A DNA stretch of 45,684 nucleotides from Octopus bimaculoides (GCF_001194135.2 NC_068982.1:62203898-62249581); one strand, 5' to 3'. Counted from the stretch's first letter, positions 11,906-22,899 are shown. A program made the numbers and translations. The notes: a model not told the origin generated them from the sequence alone.

Positions 11906-12309
11906 GCGCTGTGCATTTCTCTGTGCGTGTGCAAGTGAAGCTACCCAACCCATTACGGTGATAGCCTAGTTTATGACAAATTTTTACGGTGTTTGAATAT
12001 TCTATGTTATTCATTAGAGAAAGAAATTAAGCAGCTCTTTGCTGACGAGCTGCCAACAGTTTATGAAACGGTCTTTCAGAAAATTCCCCCATTTTCCGCA
12101 TAGCAAAAGCGTAAAAAGAATATGTTTACTTTCTTGTAGTTATTTCACAACTGGTCTTCCTCCTGGTCTTCTGATATACATGGGAGATTTCACGAAAAAA
12201 CAACAGACGAAGACAGGTAGTGTAAACAACAAATGAATGTATTAGTATAACGCTTGGGAATAGAGAAAGTTTTTAACATTTCGAGCCTACGCTCTTCAGC
12301 AGAAAAGAA

Positions 12310-12471
12310 CACACACACACACACAACACACACACACACACACATACATGCGCATACAAACATATATGCATGCATGCATATATACATACATGCATACATA
12401 CATACATACATACATACATACATACATGCATGCATACATACATACATACATACATACATACATACATACAT
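12310..12471. repeat. (CA)n/(TACA)n microsatellite
   Basis: Direct run immediately 5' of the R4/Dong fragment. Confidence 0.95.
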
Positions 12472-12477
12472 AAATAA

Positions 12478-13556
12478 GGCGGCAGAGGCTTAATATCGAT
12501 CCAAACTACCTTTGAATATCGTATCATGTCTCTTCGACAACATCTTTTAACTACCGAGTGTCGAAGTGCAACCCATGACCAAGTTTGCATACATGAGACT
12601 GATCACATCATAAAACTTGGGAGGTAGTTATTTGAGCAGCATTCCTTGTTTTATAACCAAAGAAATCGCACATATGAGCAGAAGACCATGCATGGATATG
12701 TGGATCATCAAAACAGTCCATCATGGATCAACAACCGGATTACTACCCCCCAGTTTGAAGGGTATGCATTTGAAATCCAAGGACAGGAAATATCAACCAA
12801 ATACTTGATGAAAAAAAGGGACAGATGTGCAGGATCTACCAATGAGACATGATGTTGTAGCTAGGACACTATAATGAGATCCGTCGAAAAGAAAATCTTG
12901 ATGGCAAAGAAATAAGACTGCACAGGATGGTGGAAGCCATAGCTATTCATAATAAAAAGGAGTACTGGTGGAAGTCCCAGTGAAAACCTCAATAAAATGT
13001 AAACACAATAGACCTGATATAATGATTTGGGATAGAGATAAGAAACTGTCAGTTGTGGCAATCAGCCGCTCATTGGATGTTAACATAAAGCTGAAGATCA
13101 GTGAACAAGAGAATACCTATGCTAAACTATTGAGAAATCTGCAGTTACTCTATCCAGATTACAAGTTCATGTTTATACATGTAATTATTATGGTACTGGG
13201 ATATATAACACACTACCTAAGTACCAATCTTGAGAAATTAGGTTTCTCAAAACCAGAAAAGGAAAAGCTGATTCGAAGACTACAGATTCAATCCATCACC
13301 GGAACTAAAAACCTGTAATACTTACCAGAAGTTTATCGTTTAAATTTATATGAGCATGTCTAGATATGTAACTATACGCATGAGAATACATACATAAAAT
13401 AAAACACAAGTCTGCACGTAAACATACATACATACATACATAACAAAAATATCCTGTTGTTAATGTTGAAATTCCAATGAAGGAGCAATGGATCTGGGTT
13501 AAAAACCGGTTCTTTCCGTATTGGCAAAAATCTTGAAATAAAACTGAATAATGACG
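12478..13556 (+). mobile_element. R4/Dong-clade non-LTR retrotransposon (RLE type), 5'-truncated and decayed
   Basis: GGRGLISIQTTFEYRIMSLRQHL, EQKTMHGY, FEGYAFEIQGQEISTKY, PMRHDVVARTL and the restriction-like endonuclease KHNRPDIMIWDRDKK. The CCHC knuckle is deleted. The 3' UTR ends in (TACA)n. Confidence 0.85.
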
Positions 13557-13625
13557 TACATACATACATGCATGCATACATACATACATAAATACATACA
13601 AACATACATACATACATACATACAT

Positions 13626-13656
<31 letters not shown>

Positions 13657-13699
13657 TACATACCTATCTTCATATGGAACAACACTCTCAGAGACTAGT

Positions 13700-14860
13700 G
13701 TGTTAAAAATACAGAACTTCACGCTGGTGAATCGTCAGACATGTTGTTCTGACATGATTTGCTCTTCTCATTGACGAATACCTGCGAATATTTTGTTCCT
13801 GATGTGAACATTGCTATGATTTATGTCATTAAGTGTTGATTTTGTATTTGTTGTGTGTCTCTGTGAGATGAGTGAGCGTGGCATGTTGGAAGAAATATCA
13901 GAGGAAGAATGATAGTAAATTCACGTCGAAGAAGACATGAGTTTGGATGGGGAAAACGCTGCTCCCGTGAATCTTAGATTTTGCAAACCCATTGTGTAAT
14001 ACGAAACTAGACACTAAGATAGATGTTGAGATGTTTTGTTGAGGAGTAGTCCGGATTTATTTTGTTGAATGATAGTCCAGTTTCTGAGCTGGATACCACG
14101 AAGATGTTCCGCGAATCAACCAGCTAAACCATACCATTTCGAATGATGTACAAGGTGTCGAAGAGGGAACATTCTAAACAGTAGATGGCGCCAGTAGGAG
14201 TGTGCAGGTGAAAGAATCAGAAATGTAGAACGTGTGGTGGTCGGGTTCTATTAGAGAGGCAGTGTTGGTGAGGAACGGATAGCTATGATAACGGAGCTGG
14301 GAACAAGGGGAAAATCCAAGAGAGACAGGGTGAAGGGTTAACTCGCATTGGTTGCAGGCACGCTTGAATAAAAGGATTAGAGAAAACGGTGGGGAGGTAG
14401 CATCGGTATGAAAGATATGGAAGGTGCATAGGGAGTCTATGGTGAAGGGGTAAGGTGGAGAGGAAGAAAAGTAGAGGAAAGGGGATGCGGTTGGGAGTGG
14501 GATGAGTAGGAGGAGAAGGGAGAGGTGTAATATATTTGGCCTGCTGGGGTTAAGACAACTTGGATTAATATGAGACGCATGAATGAAGAGATTGACCATG
14601 AATTGTCACTGGGTCTTAAAATCTTTACTTTAGCACCACAGATGTTGGAGACAGAGAAGATGGGAGTAATGGATGGTCCGTTTGGTGTAGGAAGGGTGGG
14701 AAGAAAATTCAAGACGGGAGTAGGATTCGGTGGATTTATAGAAGGCAAAGAAAATGTAGTTGAATCGATTGATAGAAATATTGATGTGTAGAAAATAAAT
14801 GGAGGTATCCGAAGTGAGAGAGCTGAATTCGAAGGAAAGGTCGAAGTGACGTAGCAAATG
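13700..14860 (-). mobile_element. Penelope-like element (Neptune-like) RT C-terminus and GIY-YIG relic
   Basis: SIYFLHINISI..YKSTESYSRLEFSSHPSYTKRTIHYSH (RT thumb), FKRA, a Cys-rich linker GFSPCSQLRYHSYPFL, DSFTCT and CSLFDTLYI..FAEHLRGI (GIY-YIG). Confidence 0.8.
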
Positions 14861-14869
14861 AAAATATTT

Positions 14870-15025
14870 ACACATACATACATACATTCATACATACATA
14901 CACACATACATACATACATGCACATACATAATACATACATACATACATGCATACATGCATACATATATACACACATACATACATACATACATACATACAT
15001 ACACACACACATACATATATATATA
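14870..15025. repeat. (TACA)n/(CA)n microsatellite
   Basis: Direct run. Confidence 0.95.
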
Positions 15026-15114
15026 TTGTCAGTAAGTCATAAATACGAAAGAGTAGCATACTCTAAGTTATAGAGCAGTATATTATTTAGAGAATGTTAG
15101 TTATGACCGATTCA

Positions 15115-15179
15115 TAAGGTTACCCAGGGTTTCGCGTCCATAAAGCGCTTAGCTTTATACACGTCTCATCAGACCCCAA
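15115..15179 (-). ncRNA. Type I hammerhead ribozyme, intact core
   Basis: Minus strand UGGGGU-CUGAUGA-GACGUGUAUAAAGC(UAAGC)GCUUUAUGGACGC-GAA-ACCC(U)GGGU-A^ACCUUA. All conserved core bases are present. Stem I has 6 bp, stem II 12 bp with one bulge and one mismatch, and stem III 4 bp with a 1-nt loop. Predicted cleavage is between 15121 and 15120. Confidence 0.85.
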
Positions 15180-15385
15180 TGGCCGGTGGCCTATAACCTG
15201 TCTTCAAAATGGAGGGAGAAACAGTCTCGTGTCTAGTTTTCGAACACACAGACAAAGAAGAAAGGTCAGTGTCTTTTATACCACTATCTGGAATCGACCC
15301 AATCAGCTTGTAGGCCCCAGGATTTCAGAAGGAATCACCTGAAGTGTAAACAAGGTCGGAAGACTTCCGTCCTAGAATTTAAGAT

Positions 15386-15548
15386 TTTCCTTGGTTCTAG
15401 GGAGTTCTTTAATATTCTCGCACGTTCCGCTTTGCACAGCTTGCCACGTTTGCTTCCGTTGATGAAAAACTTCAACGGGAGCAAATGGTGCAAGCTGTGC
15501 ATAGCAGAATGGGCGAGAATATTAAGTTGTTCCCTGGGTCGAGGGGAA
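15386..15548 (+). ncRNA. Long ungapped hairpin (77-bp stem, 9-nt loop); candidate hairpin RNA or miRNA precursor
   Basis: 15386-15462 pairs with 15472-15548 with no indels: 58 Watson-Crick pairs, 10 G.U and 9 mismatches, only one of them A.C (counted by hand). Confidence 0.55.
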
Positions 15549-15930
15549 CATCTTGAATTCTATGACGTAAGTGTTCGTACCTTGTCTACACTTAATCTAA
15601 TACAGACTAAGAAAAGGCATGCCGTTCTCGTCACCTTAATCGCCAACCACAGTGATTCTGAGAATGCAACCTTCTTAAATGTAGCCAGCAGAAAACAGCT
15701 CCTGGCCTCTGGGGAAAATGTGTTTTCCGTAGCTAAAAAAGAAAAAAGAAATTTCCGACAATTTGACATTGTCAGAAAAGTCGACTTTGTCCAAAAAGTC
15801 TAGGATATCAATAAAAAATCCGGCACAATGTTTATTCTTAGAATTTAAATGCATGTTATAAATAGAGTAAACTTTATCTGGTATAGAACTAAATATGTTG
15901 GGCAGAGTGTATAGATATACAAAAATATAA

Positions 15931-15985
15931 CAGTTTACTCTGAGTTTCGCCCATCGCTGGTCACGAATGTCATTGAAGGAACCTC
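15931..15985 (-). ncRNA. Hammerhead relic (3' half intact)
   Basis: Minus strand ...CAAUGA-CAUUCG(UGACCAG)CGAUG-GGC-GAA-ACUC(A)GAGU-A-AACUG. Stem III and the GUA site are intact; the CUGAUGA box is corrupted. Confidence 0.35.
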
Positions 15986-16367
15986 TTGAGGCCAAAGGGC
16001 ATAGATGTTTTTGCGTAAGCGAGGTTATTAATTGTATTTCAGAATTTGGAATATAAGAATAAATGTGATTTAGGATAAAATGCTTTGTTCAGGAGCTTTG
16101 TAAGTATATAAAGTTATATTATTATTTTAAATTTACATTTACGGTACGTATTGATGTAAGGGTATGTAGATATTAACATCCGTTTGCGAAGAAACATACA
16201 TAAACACATATACTTAATTATTTATCTATGAATACCAATCGGAAAGAACAGCTCGTACAGATACATCCATCAAGCAGTCCTATAGAAATACATTTTCACT
16301 CCAGTATCTGTAATGAAATTTTTAAGAACTTAATTTAATAGAATTGTATTGTATGGTTTTTCTTCAG

Positions 16368-16482
16368 ATTACAGTTAGTTCTGGTTCATTGAACGGGTGC
16401 CTAAAGATCTTGTTATTATTATTGTCTGCTATGATGAAAATTAATTTAGGAGGGTTTGCAGAGATAAAAAACAGAAAGGAAA
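16368..16482 (+). CDS. Candidate exon (unknown product)
   Basis: Acceptor TTTTTCTTCAG| and donor |GTGAGT. The 115 nt are open only in phase 0 (ITVSSGSLNGCLKILLLLLSAMMKINLGGFAEIKNRKE). No homology recognised. Confidence 0.2.
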
Positions 16483-16583
16483 GTGAGTATAAATATACAG
16501 ACATAAAAATGCATATATGAACACATATACACAAAGAGGTATACATACACACATAAACACTTACACACAAACACACACACATG

Positions 16584-16615
<32 letters not shown>

Positions 16616-16636
16616 CATGCATACATACACACACTC

Positions 16637-16680
<44 letters not shown>

Positions 16681-16989
16681 CTGTGCGTCTGTGTGTGCAT
16701 GCACGTGTGTGCGCTTGTATGTCTTTGTGTGTGTGTGCGTATATATATATATATATATACTATCAACAATATATACATATATATATGTATAATGTGATAC
16801 AATCCAGTGTAATATACACACAGGTATGTATATATGTATGTACACACACACACAAACATGCATTTGCTGCTGCTCATGTCTTGAATGTAACGCTACATGG
16901 TCGCCAGGCAATAGACGTACATTCTTCGTGTTCGCGAGTGGACATACTGTTGTTCCGTCACAAATTTCAGCTTACAACGCTCTAATAAA

Positions 16990-17069
<80 letters not shown>

Positions 17070-17449
17070 NNNNNNNNNNNNNNNNNNNNNNNNNNNNNNN
17101 NNNNNNNNNNNNNNNNNNNNNNNNNNNNNNNNNNNNNNNNNNNNNNNNNNNNNNNNNNNNNNNNNNNNNNNNNNNNNNNNNNNNNNNNNNNNNNNNNNNN
17201 NNNNNNNNNNNNNNNNNNNNNNNNNNNNNNNNNNNNNNNNNNNNNNNNNNNNNNNNNNNNNNNNNNNNNNNNNNNNNNNNNNNNNNNNNNNNNNNNNNNN
17301 NNNNNNNNNNNNNNNNNNNNNNNNNNNNNNNNNNNNNNNNNNNNNNNNNNNNNNNNNNNNNNNNNNNNNNNNNNNNNNNNNNNNNNNNNNNNNNNNNNNN
17401 NNNNNNNNNNNNNNNNNNNNNNNNNNNNNNNNNNNNNNNNNNNNNNNNN
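17070..17449. other. Assembly gap
   Basis: N run after (CA)n. Confidence 1.
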
Positions 17450-17539
17450 GACCTCAGAGGGTCTTTTTAAAAATTACATTGGAACAAAGAAAGAGAAACA
17501 TTTTAAACAATATTCAACATAGAAATATAAACATTAAAA

Positions 17540-17541
17540 TT

Positions 17542-17640
<99 letters not shown>

Positions 17641-17710
17641 GTTGTTGTTGTTGTTATTATTATTATTATTATTATCATCATCATCATCATTATTATTTTG
17701 TTATTTTATT
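17540..17710. repeat. (TTA)n/(TTG)n/(TCA)n trinucleotide array
   Basis: Direct run. Confidence 0.95.
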
Positions 17711-18238
17711 TTATTTTGGAAACCTCATTGTTATGGCTTTCACATCTCTGTTCAATTTAATTGATACAATGCTACAAAATAACCGCTGAAAGTTCCACTT
17801 ACATGTACATGCATACATATATACGTACGTACATAATTCCATGCATGCATACATACATATATATACACACACGCACTCACATATTCCTATACTTATACAC
17901 ATATATGTATGCATTGATTTACGTGAAATAAACAGGGGACTTCCTGGTCCACAGTTTCTTTTCAATAATCGGTCGACCGGTGGAAGATAATTATTCGACT
18001 CTACAATCTCCGCATATAAGATTCAATGTAACCTACAATAGGAAACAAAAATCACACACAAACGTACACACAAACACACACGGACACACACACACACAAA
18101 CACACACAAGAACAGACAGAAAAGCGCTCTGGTTTCTACGTGGTGTCGCAGTTCTGCTTGACACACGGTTAGATCTCCATGGATGTGAGTTCTCTAGAAT
18201 GTCTGCTAAAACAGTATCATATATGAAATTATTCACAG

Positions 18239-18298
18239 GAAGCTTAACTACAAGGCCGAATAACGAAGAGGCTATTGTATTACCTGTCATAAAAAAAG
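18239..18298 (+). CDS. Candidate 60-nt exon (unknown product)
   Basis: TTCACAG| acceptor and a consensus AAG|GTAAGT donor. Phase 1-1 open frame SLTTRPNNEEAIVLPVIKK. Confidence 0.25.
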
Positions 18299-18989
18299 GT
18301 AAGTTATTGTGCCGATAAGCTTCCATTGCCGAAGGTTGGCCATTAGTTTGCAAGAAAACGGTGCCAATGAAAGAGCCTGGGAACCGTACTCGTCGCTAAG
18401 GATGCACTAGACGGTACTGACCCCTCACGATTCAATGGTGCACCTTTAGATTTACTCCCCTTTAGTGACTCCAGTTAAGCATTGTTACAAATTAATGCCG
18501 ACTAAGAATATTCTGAAGCACTCCCAAGCACTAAAGTCAGATGGCGGGCCTGCAGGGAACGTCGTCTAAGAGGTATTGCTGTTGAAACGAACGATTCAAA
18601 TCGAGGCTTAATGTCATTAATCTCTGTCTGTATGTGGGAATCAAGGTTGATTTTGTTTGCTAGGAGAGTTATACAAGAATGAATGGATTGATCCTTGAAC
18701 GTAACAGGAATAACAGTTACCATGGCACCCTGTGATCAATCAAGAGCTGGGTTTCTGCTAGTTTGTCGATCTCCTAGAAAAAGAGAACGAAGAGGAATTT
18801 TAGACTCATGTGCTTTATCTAATTTCTATTTCTTCGTTGGTCAAGAATCTTAGAACACGTAAATAATAAAGTGGAATTAAGTTCTAGATACCGAGTGATA
18901 TTAATGTTGATAATGACTATGATGATGAAGATGATATATGTATATACAATATATGCATATATATATAGGTGTATGCTTGTATGCGTGCA

Positions 18990-19093
<104 letters not shown>

Positions 19094-19330
19094 AGACGGA
19101 ATGAAATATATGTATACAATGACAAAAACATGTAGAGTTACAGAGATGCATACACACTTAGTCAGACGTAGAAATAACAAGTTGACGTTGACTTGTAGAG
19201 GTACATGCACATTCAGACATAGTCGGAGTTAAGCTGCAAGCTTATATGCTCAAGAGCTATGGATAGTTCTAAATGTTTTCAGGAGTTGTAACAGTTGGTG
19301 CACATCTATTGACATGTATGTGTGTGTGTT

Positions 19331-19361
<31 letters not shown>

Positions 19362-19470
19362 TTGTGTGTGTGTATGTATGTATATATATATATATATATT
19401 TAAAGAATAAGGAGAAAATAGAGAGGTAATTAATAAAATATTATTTATTAATTATAAAATATGACAACAT

Positions 19471-19553
19471 CTCTGACAGCTGTTTCGATTCAATAATCTT
19501 TAGATAATTAATTTATGAAATTAAAATCATTATAAGATGAATCTGTTCAGAGG
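19471..19553 (-). ncRNA. Type I hammerhead variant (G8C, extended stem II); same family as 1018-1100
   Basis: Minus strand CCU-CUGAACA-GAUUC-AUCUU...AAGAU(UAUU)GAAUC-GAA-ACAGCUGU-C-AGAG. The 57-nt stem II shares TATAATGATTTTAAT with the 1018 copy. Confidence 0.6.
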
Positions 19554-19919
19554 TAGTAAAGATATACCGATTAGAAATATATTTTGAGATAACGGCTATA
19601 AACCGTTAGCTGATAGCATATATACAAAAAGAGTCGGTTATGGAAGGTCTCAATAGGTAGTGTATATTTTATGTCTTAAAAAAAGAAAAGGAGAGATTAA
19701 TATAATATCACAGGGTATTGAGATGGAGAAAAAGGGCAAGAAAAAGAAGAAAAACGCATGCACATATAAATATATAATAATGCCATATAATATGATACTT
19801 ATCTATAAAACTGCAATTCAAAAGATTCTAAGTTATAAAATGTAAACCAAGTAGAAGCAAACCGTGAGAATTATATATTAACCGAAATTATCAGAAAGGG
19901 ATAAATAATTTCTAAATAT

Positions 19920-19947
19920 AATAACAACAACAACAACAACAACGACG

Positions 19948-20042
<95 letters not shown>
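19920..20042. repeat. (AAC)n(AAT)n array
   Basis: Direct run flanking the element at 20043. Confidence 0.97.
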
Positions 20043-20043
<1 letters not shown>

Positions 20044-20600
20044 TGCCCGGATGCAGTACCAGGCAGTGGCTCTCATGGATCCTGATCTTAATTCATTGGA
20101 AGTGTTATCATGTACATTGTTTTGTCTTGGTATAAAAGATGGGCTACAGCAAATATTCTGCTCTATACCACAGATTTGCTTGTCAGTTGTTTGACCTTAA
20201 CCAGTTGAGCATGTCCCTTGGTGGCTGACGATATGTGCATCTCTGATCATGAGCAGAAGTAGTTGGGGAGCATCATGGCCATGTGTTGAGAGGAATTCTT
20301 TAGGGTTTGAATAATTGACCTTTGGAAACATGGGTGTTTTGCTCAACATCCTTAAACAAACCTTAATTTGGGAACCTTTTGAGTGGGATGGGCTACTTGA
20401 CTTGAAGAAAATTCTAACTGAGCCTCACCTGCAAGGTCATGCGCTGTTTATCTTGATATGAGATCACCATGTTGCGCGCATATGGTTGTGATGCATATGC
20501 CTGGTGTACCTTTATCAGACGGGTAGTCATGATGGGTATACTGGGCTTCGTATATTTTACCCCAGTGTCACTTTGATGGTATGCACTGCTCTTTCACTCA
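20043..20600 (+). mobile_element. ORF-less ~560-bp interspersed element flanked by TAA repeats (copy 1)
   Basis: Highly similar along its full length to 38627-39190, with the same start (ATGCCC.GATGCAGTACCAGG) and end (GCACTGCTCT.TCAA/CA). Both copies are bounded by (TAA)n on both sides. Confidence 0.85.
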
Positions 20601-21358
20601 ATAATAATAATAACTTATTGTTTATGCTTATAATAATAAAGAAATAAAATTCAATGTAAATAAATAAACAGAAAGTCTAGAATAAGATGGAAAGAGAAAA
20701 TATCCCTACATAATATATCCTTACATCCCTTAAGAAAATTTATTTCAAGACTTTAAGGTAAAAAAAGAACAATAATAATAAACTATTAGATAGGGAAAAA
20801 ATTAAAAAATTTCAGACATACAGCGTTCCCTTAGAGGAATCGGAAGTAAATATGCTATGAAACATGCATAAGGGGATAAAAGAATTATTAAGAAAATAAA
20901 CATTATGTAAGGGGAAATACTTATATATAAATAAATTGAAAATAAAATAAAATAAAATAAATGACATCCAAGTACGTAAAATGCCTTCATGTATAACAGG
21001 AATATAAGGAAAATATATATAAAAACAGCAAAGACGGAACAAATTTAAACGGGGGCATATCTGAAAATGTAATTAGTGGTAATGATAGTATATTATTATC
21101 CCTTAATGAGGTATATAACCTTTACTTGTAATATTCGTAGCCGCTTTAACATGGCTGTTCTTTCGAGCGGACTCTACTGCGATTTTTTAATCCCAAGAGG
21201 ACGTCTCCTCTAGTAACGATGCATAGCTGCGTCCGATAAAATTGCAAGCAGGGGAGTGAACCCCTACAACCTCCTAGCAACGGGACCAGTAGACCAGTCC
21301 CGGTTTCGTGCTATTTCTGCCACTCTCTGAGAGAGATTTCACAACTAGCATTTTTGCT

Positions 21359-21405
<47 letters not shown>

Positions 21406-21550
21406 NNNNNNNNNNNNNNNNNNNNNNNNNNNNNNNNNNNNNNNNNNNNNNNNNNNNNNNNNNNNNNNNNNNNNNNNNNNNNNNNNNNNNNNNNNNNNNN
21501 NNNNNNNNNNNNNNNNNNNNNNNNNNNNNNNNNNNNNNNNNNNNNNNNNN
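21406..21550. other. Assembly gap
   Basis: N run. Confidence 1.
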
Positions 21551-21579
21551 ATAGATAGATAGATAGATAGAGGGCCGGA

Positions 21580-22848
21580 TAAGATTTTAGTTAGATTTTA
21601 AGTTAGCAGTATGTGCGGTTCATGATATTTTGATAAAGTGTGTGATAAGGTTAGTGTGTTTGCAGATTACGTTTAAGACTTAGTGTATTTTCTGTACGAA
21701 AGGGAATTTCTCTCGTTTGGGATATGCAGTCCGCAGAGTTTGGATGACGGCTTGCAGGATTTAGATCGGTCTATACTGATCCAAATAATGGAATGTAGTG
21801 TGCCGATATATTTGACGGCACATAGTTTGATATATACGGTTTGATAGCCTGGTATCCGACCTTCAGTTAATGTTTTGAAAGCGTGTGAGTTTTAGCTGAT
21901 GCGTAGTTTAAATTTGTTGTAATAGTTTTTCAGAAAAGTGCGTTGTTACTCTGACGAAGTAGACGGTGTATTTGTGTTGCAAACTATTTGTTAGGGAATA
22001 ATACTCTTGCTTATGACAGTTGCATGATCTGGTGGTAGGATAAGTATGGGTCTGTGTTAAGTTTTGTAAAGTGATATTCGAAAGGGTTTGGGTATAAGGG
22101 TAGTAGAGTTGGACCCTATTTTGAAAATGGAGTAGTATTTTTATGTTGTGAGGCAAGCCTCTTTTAAATCTGTTTTGGAATGATTTAGCTACGAAAGTAG
22201 TTACTTGTGGATTAAATAGGTGTGTGTGTGTGTGTGTGTGTACCATATGGTTTGTATTTTTTATTTTGGGGGATTCAACGTATTTTATCTTTAAAGCCTC
22301 TGAATTCTCAGTTGTCATTTTATATATGGGCGTTATCATTGAAGCGAGATACAAAGTGAACTGTTCCGGTAGAATTGCTAAGTGTTTGGTTGGTGGCTAA
22401 TTGGATGAGATGAGTATATATTATTTGGTTATATTAGGTCACTTGCAAGGTGAAGATTGGGAGTTGGTAAGATAGAGGGTTAGGTCTAGAAAGTTTTTCC
22501 TCACTTGTGGTTATGTCAATTACCGTCATAATTTTGCCTAGAGTATTTTTTTAACTCTTTGGCTTGTGTTTTATCGGGGCTTATTAACTTGTAAGATTGA
22601 TAACTATAGAAGTTGGAATTTTGATCTTTGTCGGTGATAGTAGAGTATTTAAGGGTTATCATTTTGACTGTCTTGTATGTTGTGGTTTATAGCGTTATGT
22701 TTGGCTTCCATTAGGATGTTAATGGGTGATTAGTTTTGCAGGTGTTTTATTTGTTGCTGGAGAACGGTCTATAATGTTATTTGGTTTGGAGCCATAGTTA
22801 ATTGTGGCCTTGGCTGAACGCATGATGATGCTGTTGGTTTTGAAGAAG
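21580..22848 (-). mobile_element. Penelope-like element, decayed RT and GIY-YIG
   Basis: FLDLTL..PCK*PN..YILISSN*PP (RT thumb), HLFNPQVTTFVAKSF, TRSCNCHKQE and CKPSSKLCGL (endonuclease C-terminus). Confidence 0.75.
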
Positions 22849-22899
22849 ACAAAGACAAACCTTAAGAATTAAATTTAGAAGCGAGAGATAACTGAAGAA

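Noticed and set aside
13770-13800. Hammerhead expected at the 3' end of the Neptune-like PLE (minus strand AUGAGAAGAGCAAAU-CAUGUC)
   Set aside because: The GAAA box and the 3' strand of stem II are missing; too decayed to call.
13971-14020. ATCTTAG/CTAAGAT stem enclosing CGAAACTAGAC
   Set aside because: There is no CUGANGA box, and it lies inside the antisense PLE coding relic.
18502-18723. 73-aa minus-strand ORF MVTVIPVTFKDQ...
   Set aside because: No recognisable motif and no convincing splice context.
21285-21340. Hammerhead-like minus-strand CUCAGAGAGUGGC..GCACGAAACCGGGAC near the PLE end
   Set aside because: The core box is corrupted, there is no NUH site in register and stem I does not form; at best a relic.
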